Shown piece after piece: positions 18,089 to 28,010 of a stretch of 64,000 bases of DNA. Every line of letters starts with the position of its first letter. Within the stretch, counting starts at the first letter, position 1. The stretch is taken from NCBI GenBank assembly GCA_043820105.1, contig JBDREC010000090.1:62001-126000 (forward strand). Reading direction: 5' to 3'. Both the position numbers and the translations under genes were made by a program. The notes under the pieces were generated by a model, which saw only the letters and a program-made list of their open reading frames with translations, had not been told where the DNA came from and searched no databases. The DNA is from Pseudomonadota bacterium. GTDB taxonomy: Bacteria; Bdellovibrionota_F; JAHFAK01; JBDREC01.

Positions 18089-19235
18089 CAAACCTCGAGT
18101 TCTTTTTCACCATGGAAACGGTGTTGGCATGGGACACCAACTAAAATGTCTTAATCTCGCCCTTGCTCTTAAAAAAGTTGTTGCAGAGGCCGAGTTTCTA
18201 TTCATTTCAGAATCTAAAAATCAAGCATTAATAAAAAACAAAGGTTTTTCGATTATTAAATCACCTGTTGTCCATGGATTAAAAGACCAGGCAAGATCTA
18301 AATATGTAGGTTTAATTTCTGATGTTATAATTTCATATAAACCAAATTTATATATTCAGGATTATGTTCCAATAAAATATACAGATAATGGAGCAATTAA
18401 CGGTCATTATTTTAAGCATGTTTGTTTGCCTTCCACAAAAAAAGTGCTTATTTGTACAATTTATAATGAATCGTATTTAATGTATAAATTTAATGAAGTT
18501 GGTTTAGAAAATGTAGATTTAATTTTATTGCCTTATTCTATTAATGACTTTCCTGAGCCAGAGTATTCAAAAGAATTTCGCGAATTTATAACTTGTGATC
18601 CCAAAATATTGCTCTCAGGTGCGATAACTCGCACTTGTGATGAAAACGAAATATTAAGTATTAAAGAAAAATATAAAATAAATGATTCAGACTTAACCCT
18701 ATTATTTGCAGCTGGAGCTGGTGGAAATATAAAGGCTCTTCATTCATTTGAAGCCAATACTTTTTTTAAAATGGTTTCAAAAGCATGCATAGCATTATCA
18801 AAAATCAGACAAAAAAACATCAAGATAATTGTGGTTAAAGGTCCTTATTCTGAAACACGCGAAAAGTTTCTAAATGCAAAAGTTGTTACTTTCGAAGAAA
18901 ACATGCCTGCTTTAATTAAGGCTTCATCATTGGCTATTTTTAGACCAGGTTATAATATGTTTAATGAGGTTTATTTTTCAAAGATACCAATGATAATTGT
19001 TCCTTCTACTGATTCAATGGAAGCACAACATGTTATAGCAAAGAAAGCCGTTGATTTGGGTATATGTGAAATTGCAAAAATGGGAGATTCTAAATCTTTA
19101 AGTAATATTTTAATTGAGATCGTAAAAAATAAAAAGATCTTAAATAATTTCAGAAAAAACTATTTACATGTAAATGAAAAAAGTGGAAATGAAGTTGTAA
19201 TAAAGGCATTTATAAAATTAATGAAAGATAAATAA
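18045..19235 (+). CDS. GT-B fold glycosyltransferase (GT28 C-terminal-like)
   Basis: HGNGVGMGH N-terminal motif, AAGAGG, VKGPY, RPGYN..NE, P.IIVP..EAQ. Confidence 0.78.
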   Translation: MKNINISKLNADVISKPRVLFHHGNGVGMGHQLKCLNLALALKKVVAEAEFLFISESKNQALIKNKGFSIIKSPVVHGLKDQARSKYVGLISDVIISYKPNLYIQDYVPIKYTDNGAINGHYFKHVCLPSTKKVLICTIYNESYLMYKFNEVGLENVDLILLPYSINDFPEPEYSKEFREFITCDPKILLSGAITRTCDENEILSIKEKYKINDSDLTLLFAAGAGGNIKALHSFEANTFFKMVSKACIALSKIRQKNIKIIVVKGPYSETREKFLNAKVVTFEENMPALIKASSLAIFRPGYNMFNEVYFSKIPMIIVPSTDSMEAQHVIAKKAVDLGICEIAKMGDSKSLSNILIEIVKNKKILNNFRKNYLHVNEKSGNEVVIKAFIKLMKDK

Positions 19236-19236
19236 A

Positions 19237-20394
19237 ATGAAAATTCTTGTCTTTGTAAAAGGAGAGTTCCATAATCAGTTGGCTGAGGAACCTATTGATC
19301 AAATTAAACATCGCTTATCAGTACAATTTGATAAAAACCCTCGCTTGTTTAACAATTGTTTTAAATTTTTAAAAGTTAATGTCTCAAAAGAAGAACCAAT
19401 AAAAATTTGCAATAGTCTCGCAAACTTTGAGCCAGATATTATTATTTATTCATTATCTCTTTCCTTTTTATTTAATAATAGAAGCAATCCAATTCTCGCT
19501 GCTAGCAATCAATTTTCTGTTTTGATTGATCCAGATGGCCATTTTATATTTGAAAGCATAGAAGCAGGAAATGAAGATATTATTATTCGCGCTAAACAAA
19601 AAGATGCCTTTGAAACAACACAAATTAATAAGATATGTAAAATTCTCATTAATAAAGCTAATACACCAAAACTAAGTTCTTTAATGTCTTACTTGCAAGA
19701 ATTTCCAAGAAAAGGAATAATAAGAATTGATGATGTTCCTAAAAATAATTTTTATCATTTAGATGTCGCAACTCGCTTATTAGACCAGAATATTCCAGTC
19801 CTTGTAAACATAATTCCTAAAGAATTGAATGAGGAGAATTTCAAACCCTGGATTAAATTAAAAAGGAAGTTTTCAGGGCTTCTTTTGTTTGGACAGCATG
19901 GCTTATATCATACGGATTATTCGGAAATAAATCGGAGTTCTTTTGAGTTTGGACCAACAAGAACTTACAAACAACAGCTCTCTGATATCATTGAAGGTAA
20001 AAATATAATTGAAAAAATCCTCGGGAAAGACACTGTTGACATCTTTTGCCCTCCTTTTAATAGATATGATTTAAATTCCCTAAGAGCATTAAATGTTTTA
20101 GGTTTTAAAATTATTTCCGTAGGCTCTAATATAAAAGACTGGGATCATAATCCAATTCAAGTTACATCCAGTTTGGATCCACATCCATGGGTAAAAGGTC
20201 AGCCAGCATCAGGAGTATTCTCCTTTTTTGTAGGAAATTTGATTTTATCCATCATGTCTCGCAATCCTTGCATTAGCATTGTTCTGCATCCGCATCTTAC
20301 TCAACCTGCGATCATGGATAAATTAATAGAAATGGTCATTTTATTAAAGGACAAAAAAGCTATAGAATGGAAAACAATTTATGATGTCATATAA
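19237..20394 (+). CDS. Polysaccharide deacetylase-like (NodB/DUF2334-type) domain protein
   Basis: IRIDDV, GQHGLYH, FEFG, FCPPFNRYD, VLHP in C-terminal two thirds. Confidence 0.75.
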   Translation: MKILVFVKGEFHNQLAEEPIDQIKHRLSVQFDKNPRLFNNCFKFLKVNVSKEEPIKICNSLANFEPDIIIYSLSLSFLFNNRSNPILAASNQFSVLIDPDGHFIFESIEAGNEDIIIRAKQKDAFETTQINKICKILINKANTPKLSSLMSYLQEFPRKGIIRIDDVPKNNFYHLDVATRLLDQNIPVLVNIIPKELNEENFKPWIKLKRKFSGLLLFGQHGLYHTDYSEINRSSFEFGPTRTYKQQLSDIIEGKNIIEKILGKDTVDIFCPPFNRYDLNSLRALNVLGFKIISVGSNIKDWDHNPIQVTSSLDPHPWVKGQPASGVFSFFVGNLILSIMSRNPCISIVLHPHLTQPAIMDKLIEMVILLKDKKAIEWKTIYDVI

Positions 20395-23300
20395 AAATTC
20401 GAGTACTTTATCTGATAATATTAAATTACATATTTCTGATTTATCAAAGAAATCAAAATTTAAATGGATTTCAAAGTGTACTAAAAACACAAAAATATAT
20501 TTAATTTTACCTGATTTCTGGGAGACTGTTACTGATAGAAACACCAGTGAATTCCAAAAGTTTAAATCAATAAAAATAATTGACCGTTTTTTATTCACTT
20601 TTGAAAAAACATGTTCCCCAATAGATTATACGCAATTATGTTTTCTCTTTTTTGTGAATCCAAAAGTATTTAATACTCTTCATAACGTAATAGATTTTAC
20701 AAACACCTTTGGGATTCCTATTGAATTTGCAGCAGATGATACAAAGAATGCTTTTTTATCTTATAGTGATAAATGCAATGCATTGCTTGCAATCGAATCA
20801 CTAGAAAAAAAAGTAATTAGGGAAAAAAAGAATCCACGAATGTTGGATGTTCTTTATGAAATGCTCAATACTAATGATTTTATAAGTCTAGAGAAATCAA
20901 ATATCACAAAGGATATTAATTTTGAAATAAAACATGATATTCCAGAGATTTTTAAGGACGAATATCCAGTTTTTAACACAAAAATAATTCCAAAAGAAAA
21001 ATTAAATTATGATAACATCATGTCTTGTGTTAATAATCACGGGAAGATTGTGTTTGGTGCTTTTATAAGCAAAAGCTCTGGAACCAAACAATTAATGCAG
21101 AAATTAAAATCAAAAGGAAAAGAGCTTGTTTTAACCTACCTTATGGAACTCGATAAAAAATATCCATTGATACAAAAGTATCAACTGGATAGTGAGATTG
21201 ATTTTTTTATGACTTTTACAAAAGAACCATCCCTTAAGCCCAATAAATCATTTTTATTTTCTCCAAAGCTGAAACAGCTACTTACCTCCTGTAAATCAAT
21301 TCGCAGAATAAATCTTATTTTGACAATCGAGGTGCTTAAATCCTTAGATTCTATTTTAAATATGTTTTGTGATATTTCCTTCAAAGAGCTGCATTTTCTT
21401 TTGCCTTTTTCAGAAGCAAGAAAGTCTGCCTATCCTTCTATAATAGAAGCGGCTCCCCTTGTTCATTCTGCTTTAATGTCATATCCAGACATGGCTAAAA
21501 AAATGACTCACTTTACTCCTCTTAAACACCCCTGGCTATCTGACAAAATAGCTTTAAACCGCCCGGATAAGCCTGTTTACGAAAATACGCTTGATTTTAA
21601 CAAAAAGCCTCTAATATCTGTTGTAATTCCATGTTATCAAAAAGCTGATACTATATCCCTAACTTTGAATGCCCTTATTAATCAAGACTTACCCAAGGAA
21701 AAATACGAAATAATTTTAATTGATGATGGGAGTTCTGATCAGACTGTAGAGATTTCACAAGCAGTGTTATCATCTGCAATTTCCAGGGTGAATTATTCAA
21801 TTTTATCCTGGCGAAGAAATGAAGAACGTAATCTTGGTGATTTTAACTTTAGAACAGGTCTTTGCAGAAATCTTGGTGCAGAGTATGCAAGAGGAAAATA
21901 TCTACTTTTCCTAGACAGCGATATGTTATCAACAAGAAACCTATTACAAGAACATTTAAAATTATTATCCCTTGGAGCAAAGGTTGTCAGAGGAACCAGG
22001 ATTAAGCTGGACTGGGAAGCAGGACCTTATTTAGCTAAATATAAAAAACAAAATACAGCTCCAAGTGATTTTTCTCTTTTTCCTACAGAAAGAATAAGAG
22101 ATGTAGATGATCCTCCTCCTACTGTTTCATGGAATACCCATGTTCATCCATGGTCCTTGTTCTATACCAATAATATTTCTACTGATCGCTTATTGTTTTT
22201 AAAACTTGGTGGATTTGATGAAAGCTATGTGTTTTGGGGGCTGGAAGACGTAGAACTTGGTTATCGATACTGTCGAAATAATATTGTCTTACATCACAAT
22301 GACAGAGCTCTAGCATATCATGTTCGCCATCATACTGAATTTACCGGAAAGGATTTATTACTGCTTCAACGCATTAACTTTGAATTTATGTACCGGAAAT
22401 ATTTTGATTTTCTTTTTCATTATTTTAACGTTCTTTCCTATAAAGACAGACAATATCTTAAAGATATTATGATTTTCAAAAACATCTTGGCAAGCACAGA
22501 AGAAAATAATACTGAAAATAAACGAGCATATAGAACAAAGTCGGATCGCAAAATGCAGTTAGCTTCAAAATTTCATCCGGATTTTTCTGAAAGCTTAACA
22601 AATGAAATAGAAGAGGCTTTAGGGGTTAAGCTTGTTTCTGCGGTGCTTCCCAAAGGAGGTTTGTTTAAAAACACCTTTATAATTAAAGATAATAAACAGA
22701 AATGGATTGCCAGAATAAATATCGCTCAAAAGTATTTAATAGCTCAACAGTACGCAAGCAGGGCTTTGGTTCCAGTGCCTAAAGTAATTGCAAGTAATCT
22801 TGATACCCCAAATTCCGGGAGTATTCAATGGATTGTTGAGGAATTTATAAATGGAGCTGAAATAGATTTTCACCATATGAATAAAAAGAATGCTTTAATA
22901 ATATCAAATATACTTGGTGAAAATTTAAAAAAATTGCATTCGATTAAGGTGGATGGTTTTGGCTATTTTAGAAATGATGTTTTGCAAGGTTGCATAGATA
23001 GCTGGGAAGAGTGGATAATGAATGAGCTGGAGAAAATACAATCTGCTATAAAATTAGCAAAATTAAATAGTAATGAAATCGCATTAATTAATAGGGCCTT
23101 TAGCTTTTTGTTAAATTCTTTCCAGGATTCTGCTGTAATCTGTCACGGCGATTATGCAAGAGATAATATTTTAATAAAAAGAAATAAAATTTTAGCGGTA
23201 ATTGATTGGACCAATGCAATTGCATGCGATCCAGCGCATGATCTGGCTTTTTGGCTTTTTTGGAATCAAGATAAAAGTAATTTTGATGCCTTTTTAGCAG

Positions 23301-23458
23301 GATACAAATCCAATGATTTAGATTTAAATAAGCGAATAAATGCTTTTCTTTTAATAATGGCGGTTCAGTTCATAGAATATTTTAATATTATTGAAGAGCC
23401 CAAAATAGTTAAATATTGTCAAAAGATTTTAAAAAATACATCTAAAATAACGTTCTAA
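20381..23458 (+). CDS. Multidomain protein: unknown N-terminus + GT2 glycosyltransferase + APH-like phosphotransferase
   Basis: ISVVIPCY, IDDGSSD, RNLGA..ARG..LLFLDSD, GGFDESY..WGLEDVELGYR; C-terminal VPVPKV, HGDY..DNIL, IDW..A...DPA.D. Confidence 0.85.
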   Translation: MMSYKNSSTLSDNIKLHISDLSKKSKFKWISKCTKNTKIYLILPDFWETVTDRNTSEFQKFKSIKIIDRFLFTFEKTCSPIDYTQLCFLFFVNPKVFNTLHNVIDFTNTFGIPIEFAADDTKNAFLSYSDKCNALLAIESLEKKVIREKKNPRMLDVLYEMLNTNDFISLEKSNITKDINFEIKHDIPEIFKDEYPVFNTKIIPKEKLNYDNIMSCVNNHGKIVFGAFISKSSGTKQLMQKLKSKGKELVLTYLMELDKKYPLIQKYQLDSEIDFFMTFTKEPSLKPNKSFLFSPKLKQLLTSCKSIRRINLILTIEVLKSLDSILNMFCDISFKELHFLLPFSEARKSAYPSIIEAAPLVHSALMSYPDMAKKMTHFTPLKHPWLSDKIALNRPDKPVYENTLDFNKKPLISVVIPCYQKADTISLTLNALINQDLPKEKYEIILIDDGSSDQTVEISQAVLSSAISRVNYSILSWRRNEERNLGDFNFRTGLCRNLGAEYARGKYLLFLDSDMLSTRNLLQEHLKLLSLGAKVVRGTRIKLDWEAGPYLAKYKKQNTAPSDFSLFPTERIRDVDDPPPTVSWNTHVHPWSLFYTNNISTDRLLFLKLGGFDESYVFWGLEDVELGYRYCRNNIVLHHNDRALAYHVRHHTEFTGKDLLLLQRINFEFMYRKYFDFLFHYFNVLSYKDRQYLKDIMIFKNILASTEENNTENKRAYRTKSDRKMQLASKFHPDFSESLTNEIEEALGVKLVSAVLPKGGLFKNTFIIKDNKQKWIARINIAQKYLIAQQYASRALVPVPKVIASNLDTPNSGSIQWIVEEFINGAEIDFHHMNKKNALIISNILGENLKKLHSIKVDGFGYFRNDVLQGCIDSWEEWIMNELEKIQSAIKLAKLNSNEIALINRAFSFLLNSFQDSAVICHGDYARDNILIKRNKILAVIDWTNAIACDPAHDLAFWLFWNQDKSNFDAFLAGYKSNDLDLNKRINAFLLIMAVQFIEYFNIIEEPKIVKYCQKILKNTSKITF

Positions 23459-23575
23459 TATTAAGAATAAAAAAGCTTCCTGAAAACTATTTTTTAAAAA
23501 GCAAATAAACGCACTGCCTGCTTAATAAATTAACGTTAATATGAAATAATTTTTCAATCATTGTTTCCCATTCGG

Positions 23576-25243
23576 CTATTCATATTTTCCAATAAGTGTA
23601 TTTATTTCTCCTTTGCAGTTTCTCTCCATGTCTGTTCTTGCAGAATAGTTAAGCAAAAGGTCCTTATCTCGTCCAAAATTGATGTCGAAAATATCTTTGA
23701 ACCTGGATAGTGAAAAAATATCACCTCGGCTTATGTTTAATATTTTATCATAAAATATTTTCAACTGTGGATCTTGAATTAAATTTTTGTCATGCTTTAT
23801 TGATTCTAAATATCCTTTTGGAATAAGCCTAATAAAATGACCTGGAAGCCATTCGTAGTAATTTTTTATATTGCACGCAGGTAGCTGAGATAAAAATGGA
23901 TCTGAAAGTGCGACATAGTCAATGATATATTTTTCAGGACCAGCTGCATATCCAAAAAAACCAATAAGCTCGTCACCAAAGGACCCTCCAACGTGAATTT
24001 TAGCTTTTTTATTTTTCAATCTTGTGCCACTTATAAAAAATTTATTGTATTTAATTTTGCCACTGAAATTTTCTGAAAAGATTGCTGCTCCTTGCTGATG
24101 AGCATAATAATTAAGGTCGATTAACCTTTTATTTTGCTCATAGATATTAAAATGCTTAGTACCCATCTTTAATGTTGAATAAGGAAGCAGGAATAAATAA
24201 GCCATAACTATTAAGGAAATTGGAATATATGATTTTTTAAAATTATTTAGGCTTACAAAGATAAAAAATAAAATTAAAAAGGGTATGGAGAAAAACCGTC
24301 CAGTAAAGTGAGATGCAGCCGCAGCTTCAAAAATAATAAAATAATAATAGAATAAAACCGAAAGGACTGTGATAAAAAACAACTTGTTTCTTTTCATATA
24401 TACTAAAAATAAAGCTGCTATAGAGATGATGTGACTTAAAGGATCAAGAATAATACTATTTAAAAAATAATCTACACCAAATTGGATTTTATATAAAGGT
24501 AATAATGATACATTTACAACTTTTGCGTAATTAGTATTTGCTAATGGAAAACCATAATATATAATTGAAAAGCTTATCCATAAAGTAATTGGAAGACTTG
24601 CTAATATTAATGTGTAGATAAATTTCAAGTTAATATTTTTTACATTTAAAAAAAGGATATATAGACAAGGAACTGAATATAAAAGTATGCTATCAGGCCT
24701 ATTAAAATAAGCAAGTGATGCTATAAAAAAATAAAAGAAAATATTTCTATACTTTTTAAATTTATCAAGGTTTCCATTTTTCAAAAAAGATGTAAAAAAG
24801 ATTGTAGCCAACAAATATGATAATGGGTTTTCAAGACCACTTGAAGAATAATCTATAAAAGCCTTTGAACTGATTAATAAAAGAATTAAAAGACTTGGTT
24901 TATAATATTCTTCTTTTTTATAAAAATAATAGTAAAGAAAAAATAAAGTTAATAAGCAAAGAAGGTATGAAAAAAATATGCTTGTATAAAAAACTTCGTT
25001 TGTGAAAAGATATAAAAAACTTATGCAAAAAAGCCAAGCAGGATGAGAATAAGCCTGAGCTCTTTCAATAATATTCCAAGTTAAACCATGGCCATTTACA
25101 AAGTTATCAACAGTTCTAAAAGAAATAAAGGCATCATCTGTCACCCAGGCATTGAGAAAAAAGACTATAGTAAATAATAGAATAGATAATAAAAACAATA
25201 CTTTGTATAGTTGAAAGATTGTTATTTTTTTATTTAATATCAT
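23576..25243 (-). CDS. GT-C fold integral membrane glycosyltransferase (AftB-like)
   Basis: AWVTDDAFISFRTVDN..NG.GL.WN..ER.QAYS, SSGLENPL, NRPD, YYGFP..NT.YAK, PGHF; many TM helices. Confidence 0.78.
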   Translation of the reverse strand: MILNKKITIFQLYKVLFLLSILLFTIVFFLNAWVTDDAFISFRTVDNFVNGHGLTWNIIERAQAYSHPAWLFCISFLYLFTNEVFYTSIFFSYLLCLLTLFFLYYYFYKKEEYYKPSLLILLLISSKAFIDYSSSGLENPLSYLLATIFFTSFLKNGNLDKFKKYRNIFFYFFIASLAYFNRPDSILLYSVPCLYILFLNVKNINLKFIYTLILASLPITLWISFSIIYYGFPLANTNYAKVVNVSLLPLYKIQFGVDYFLNSIILDPLSHIISIAALFLVYMKRNKLFFITVLSVLFYYYFIIFEAAAASHFTGRFFSIPFLILFFIFVSLNNFKKSYIPISLIVMAYLFLLPYSTLKMGTKHFNIYEQNKRLIDLNYYAHQQGAAIFSENFSGKIKYNKFFISGTRLKNKKAKIHVGGSFGDELIGFFGYAAGPEKYIIDYVALSDPFLSQLPACNIKNYYEWLPGHFIRLIPKGYLESIKHDKNLIQDPQLKIFYDKILNISRGDIFSLSRFKDIFDINFGRDKDLLLNYSARTDMERNCKGEINTLIGKYE

Positions 25244-25321
25244 AAAACTAAAAAACTCAAAATTGAAAATACAAAATTATTAAAAATTAATATGATTGTC
25301 ATCTGAAAAAAAATAAAAAAG

Positions 25322-25337
25322 GGTGAGTTAAGTCACA
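25322..25337. promoter_or_regulatory. Possible CRP/FNR-family binding site
   Basis: GGTGA-N6-TCACA (one mismatch from TGTGA-N6-TCACA) between divergent genes. Confidence 0.35.
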
Positions 25338-25366
25338 TCTTATTTCTTTCTAATATAATAGAATAG

Positions 25367-25375
25367 TGCTATAAT
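25367..25375 (+). promoter_or_regulatory. Extended -10 sigma70 promoter element
   Basis: TGcTATAAT about 40 nt upstream of the lipoprotein ATG, which has a strong SD (GGGGAGG). Confidence 0.5.
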
Positions 25376-25417
25376 CTATAAGAATGTCCTAAGTTATATA
25401 AAAGGGGAGGGGAAGCC

Positions 25418-28003
25418 ATGAAATCACATCTTAACTTATTAATTTTAATAATAATTTTATTATCAACTTCAGGTTGTGGAATCTTTGATGCCATCAAGGG
25501 AGATAATGGTCTTTTTGGAGGTGGTGAGGTTGAGACAAAAACAATTTCAGGAACATTTTCAGATGATACAATGTCAGAAATGAGGAGCTTAGCTTCAATC
25601 GCTGATAGTGCTTTGTCTTCCGCTTTTGAAGAGGTTTCAAGTCAAGCAGGCGCCATTCCCTCCGCTACATCAGATACAGCGATTCCATCATATTTAAAAG
25701 CCAGTGAAGCATCAGAAGAAAGTATCTCTGTAATTTTTATTGGGATTTCTGATTCTGTTAGTGGAATTTTTGATTTAATTGCAAACTCAGATGAATGTAT
25801 GAAAGTTACTGCAACTGTTTCTAGCGATGGATCTTTTAGCGCTGATTTATGCGCGAATTTGTCTTATTCAATGATTGTAACAGTTGGCGAATTTGTTGTG
25901 GATTTCGCTTTTTCTATTAATTTTTCAATTTTTGAATCTCTAGATAGCTTTGATTTTGGAGAATTGATTCTTTTAGATGGTGCCTTTTATCCAAAAAGTG
26001 AGGATATTTCAAGTCAATTTGAATCAATCGCTGCAAACATCACATTTGATCATGATGTTACAGGCGTTTATGATGCTACTTTAGATTACGCTGAAGCTTC
26101 TATATTTGGACTTGATAAAGCAGGAACTTACATTGAAGAGCAGACCTATATGCTTGTTCATGACCAGGATAATAAAAAACTATATTTGAAAACAGAGGAC
26201 AATGATGCTCCTTTAGAGGCTGAATTAATTCCAACAAGTTCGAATTGTTTTAAAGCAAATTATAATTCAAAAAGTTCTATGCAAGAATGTTCAATGGAAC
26301 AAACAATTTCTTTAAAACTTTGTGTTGTTACTGATGAGACTGAAGCAGCAGCACTGAAAAATATTGAATCCGAAAGTGATATCAGCACTCTCGAAGGTGA
26401 GGTAACTGTTTTTAATTATACCTTAGGTGATAATTGTGATAAAACATTAGCTGGAATGTTTGATATTACATATTATACAACTGGAATTACTCTAACAATT
26501 GTTGATGGATCTAATGAAATATTAGATAATGCCTTAAATGCTCTTACAGCTGGAGATGATAAAGATTCTGAACATACAACTCAAAATGTAGTTTTCTATC
26601 TGGAAAAAGATAATACCTTTGGCACTTATGAATATGGTAATTGTGAATCAACAGAAGATGATCTTTTGGCGATGTTTGTTAGTGATGTTGCTGATGTTAA
26701 AACCGCCTTGAATAATGGTGAAAAGGTTCCTGTTCAAATAAGCATAGAAAAAGCTTCTGGTACAACTTACATTAATGCTTTGGATACTGGTGAAAAATTA
26801 AGCTTACCTCAATATGATTATGGTTCATATTTTTATGATGACTCTGGAGATTTTTATAGATCTTACTCAACTTATGATTATACAAATATTTTAGGCCAGG
26901 TATCAACATCTGTATATATTTACTTGAGCGATTCAACTTATAATTGTTCTTCATGGATCTCAGCTACAACAGATTCAACTTCTCAAAATGCTTCAGACGA
27001 AGGAGCCAATGCTAGCCAATTAGCAAACTCTGTAAAATATGAATTTGAATTTGATGGGAATTATTGTTCATGGAATTCATATGCCTATGATGCAACTTCA
27101 AGTGATTATACTAACGTTTTGGGTAAATCAGAGCTGTCAGCCTTTAAGGTTGATGTTTCGGTTGTGAGTGCCGAAGAAGTTGAAATAAAAATTAAAAAAT
27201 CAGATGGGACAGCAGTTCATACAATCAGTGCTTATGATTATTATGGATATGGCTCCTTTGATGGAAGTGTCACTATTGGAAATAATGCTAACCTTTCTGC
27301 ATATTTTTCATATTATAACTCCGGTTCATACGAATATATTTATGTTAGTTTATATTATTACAATTATAATAATGGTGCCTCTATTTCACTTTATAATGGC
27401 TTAGGTGAAAGTGCTGAATACTATATATGTTCTGATGAATCAGCCACAGATATAATTTTTGGGTCTGATTCTAATGACTCTGCTACTGGGGCTGCAGGTA
27501 CAAATAACTCAGGATCTTCTTCGAGATCCTTTTCAAAGTCGTTTAGTTCAGATTCTATTACTACCTACGGAAACTGTACAGATAATGATTATGTAAACTC
27601 ATTTTTAGGATCGAATTACTCAGGTAATTTGAACGTTGATATAGACTTGGGAAGTGGTGATACCAAGGTTGATATTTTTAATTCTGGCGGTAGTTTATTG
27701 CATTCAGAATCACTAGACAACTATGATTATGGTGATGAATCAATTAGTAGGTATAATGATGCCTATTCTGAGATAAGTGACTATAGTAGTGCTTATAATT
27801 ACAATTCTATTTCTGTATACTATAGCACTTATTATTCTGATTGCTATGAATATAATTATGATAATCAAGGTTCTTATTTGAGTTCTGATTCTTATGACAA
27901 TGCTTTATCATTATCTTTGTCTTATTATTCTTATGATCCTACTAGCACAGATTATAACAATTATTGTAGCATCTATACTTCAGTTTGTGTATCTTTAGAA
28001 TAG
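25418..28003 (+). CDS. Large acidic Ser/Tyr/Asp/Asn-rich lipoprotein of unknown function
   Basis: Lipoprotein signal ending LLSTSG-C; beta-rich composition, spaced cysteines; strong SD. Confidence 0.85.
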   Translation: MKSHLNLLILIIILLSTSGCGIFDAIKGDNGLFGGGEVETKTISGTFSDDTMSEMRSLASIADSALSSAFEEVSSQAGAIPSATSDTAIPSYLKASEASEESISVIFIGISDSVSGIFDLIANSDECMKVTATVSSDGSFSADLCANLSYSMIVTVGEFVVDFAFSINFSIFESLDSFDFGELILLDGAFYPKSEDISSQFESIAANITFDHDVTGVYDATLDYAEASIFGLDKAGTYIEEQTYMLVHDQDNKKLYLKTEDNDAPLEAELIPTSSNCFKANYNSKSSMQECSMEQTISLKLCVVTDETEAAALKNIESESDISTLEGEVTVFNYTLGDNCDKTLAGMFDITYYTTGITLTIVDGSNEILDNALNALTAGDDKDSEHTTQNVVFYLEKDNTFGTYEYGNCESTEDDLLAMFVSDVADVKTALNNGEKVPVQISIEKASGTTYINALDTGEKLSLPQYDYGSYFYDDSGDFYRSYSTYDYTNILGQVSTSVYIYLSDSTYNCSSWISATTDSTSQNASDEGANASQLANSVKYEFEFDGNYCSWNSYAYDATSSDYTNVLGKSELSAFKVDVSVVSAEEVEIKIKKSDGTAVHTISAYDYYGYGSFDGSVTIGNNANLSAYFSYYNSGSYEYIYVSLYYYNYNNGASISLYNGLGESAEYYICSDESATDIIFGSDSNDSATGAAGTNNSGSSSRSFSKSFSSDSITTYGNCTDNDYVNSFLGSNYSGNLNVDIDLGSGDTKVDIFNSGGSLLHSESLDNYDYGDESISRYNDAYSEISDYSSAYNYNSISVYYSTYYSDCYEYNYDNQGSYLSSDSYDNALSLSLSYYSYDPTSTDYNNYCSIYTSVCVSLE

Positions 28004-28010
28004 GGGCTTT

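Noticed and set aside
6862..23458. One continuous RiPP cluster from tldD/E through the exporter to the radical SAM/GT genes
   Set aside because: Four differently oriented transcription units; tldD-nitrilase linkage is common housekeeping synteny and no RRE is evident on the radical SAM. Kept only as separate findings.
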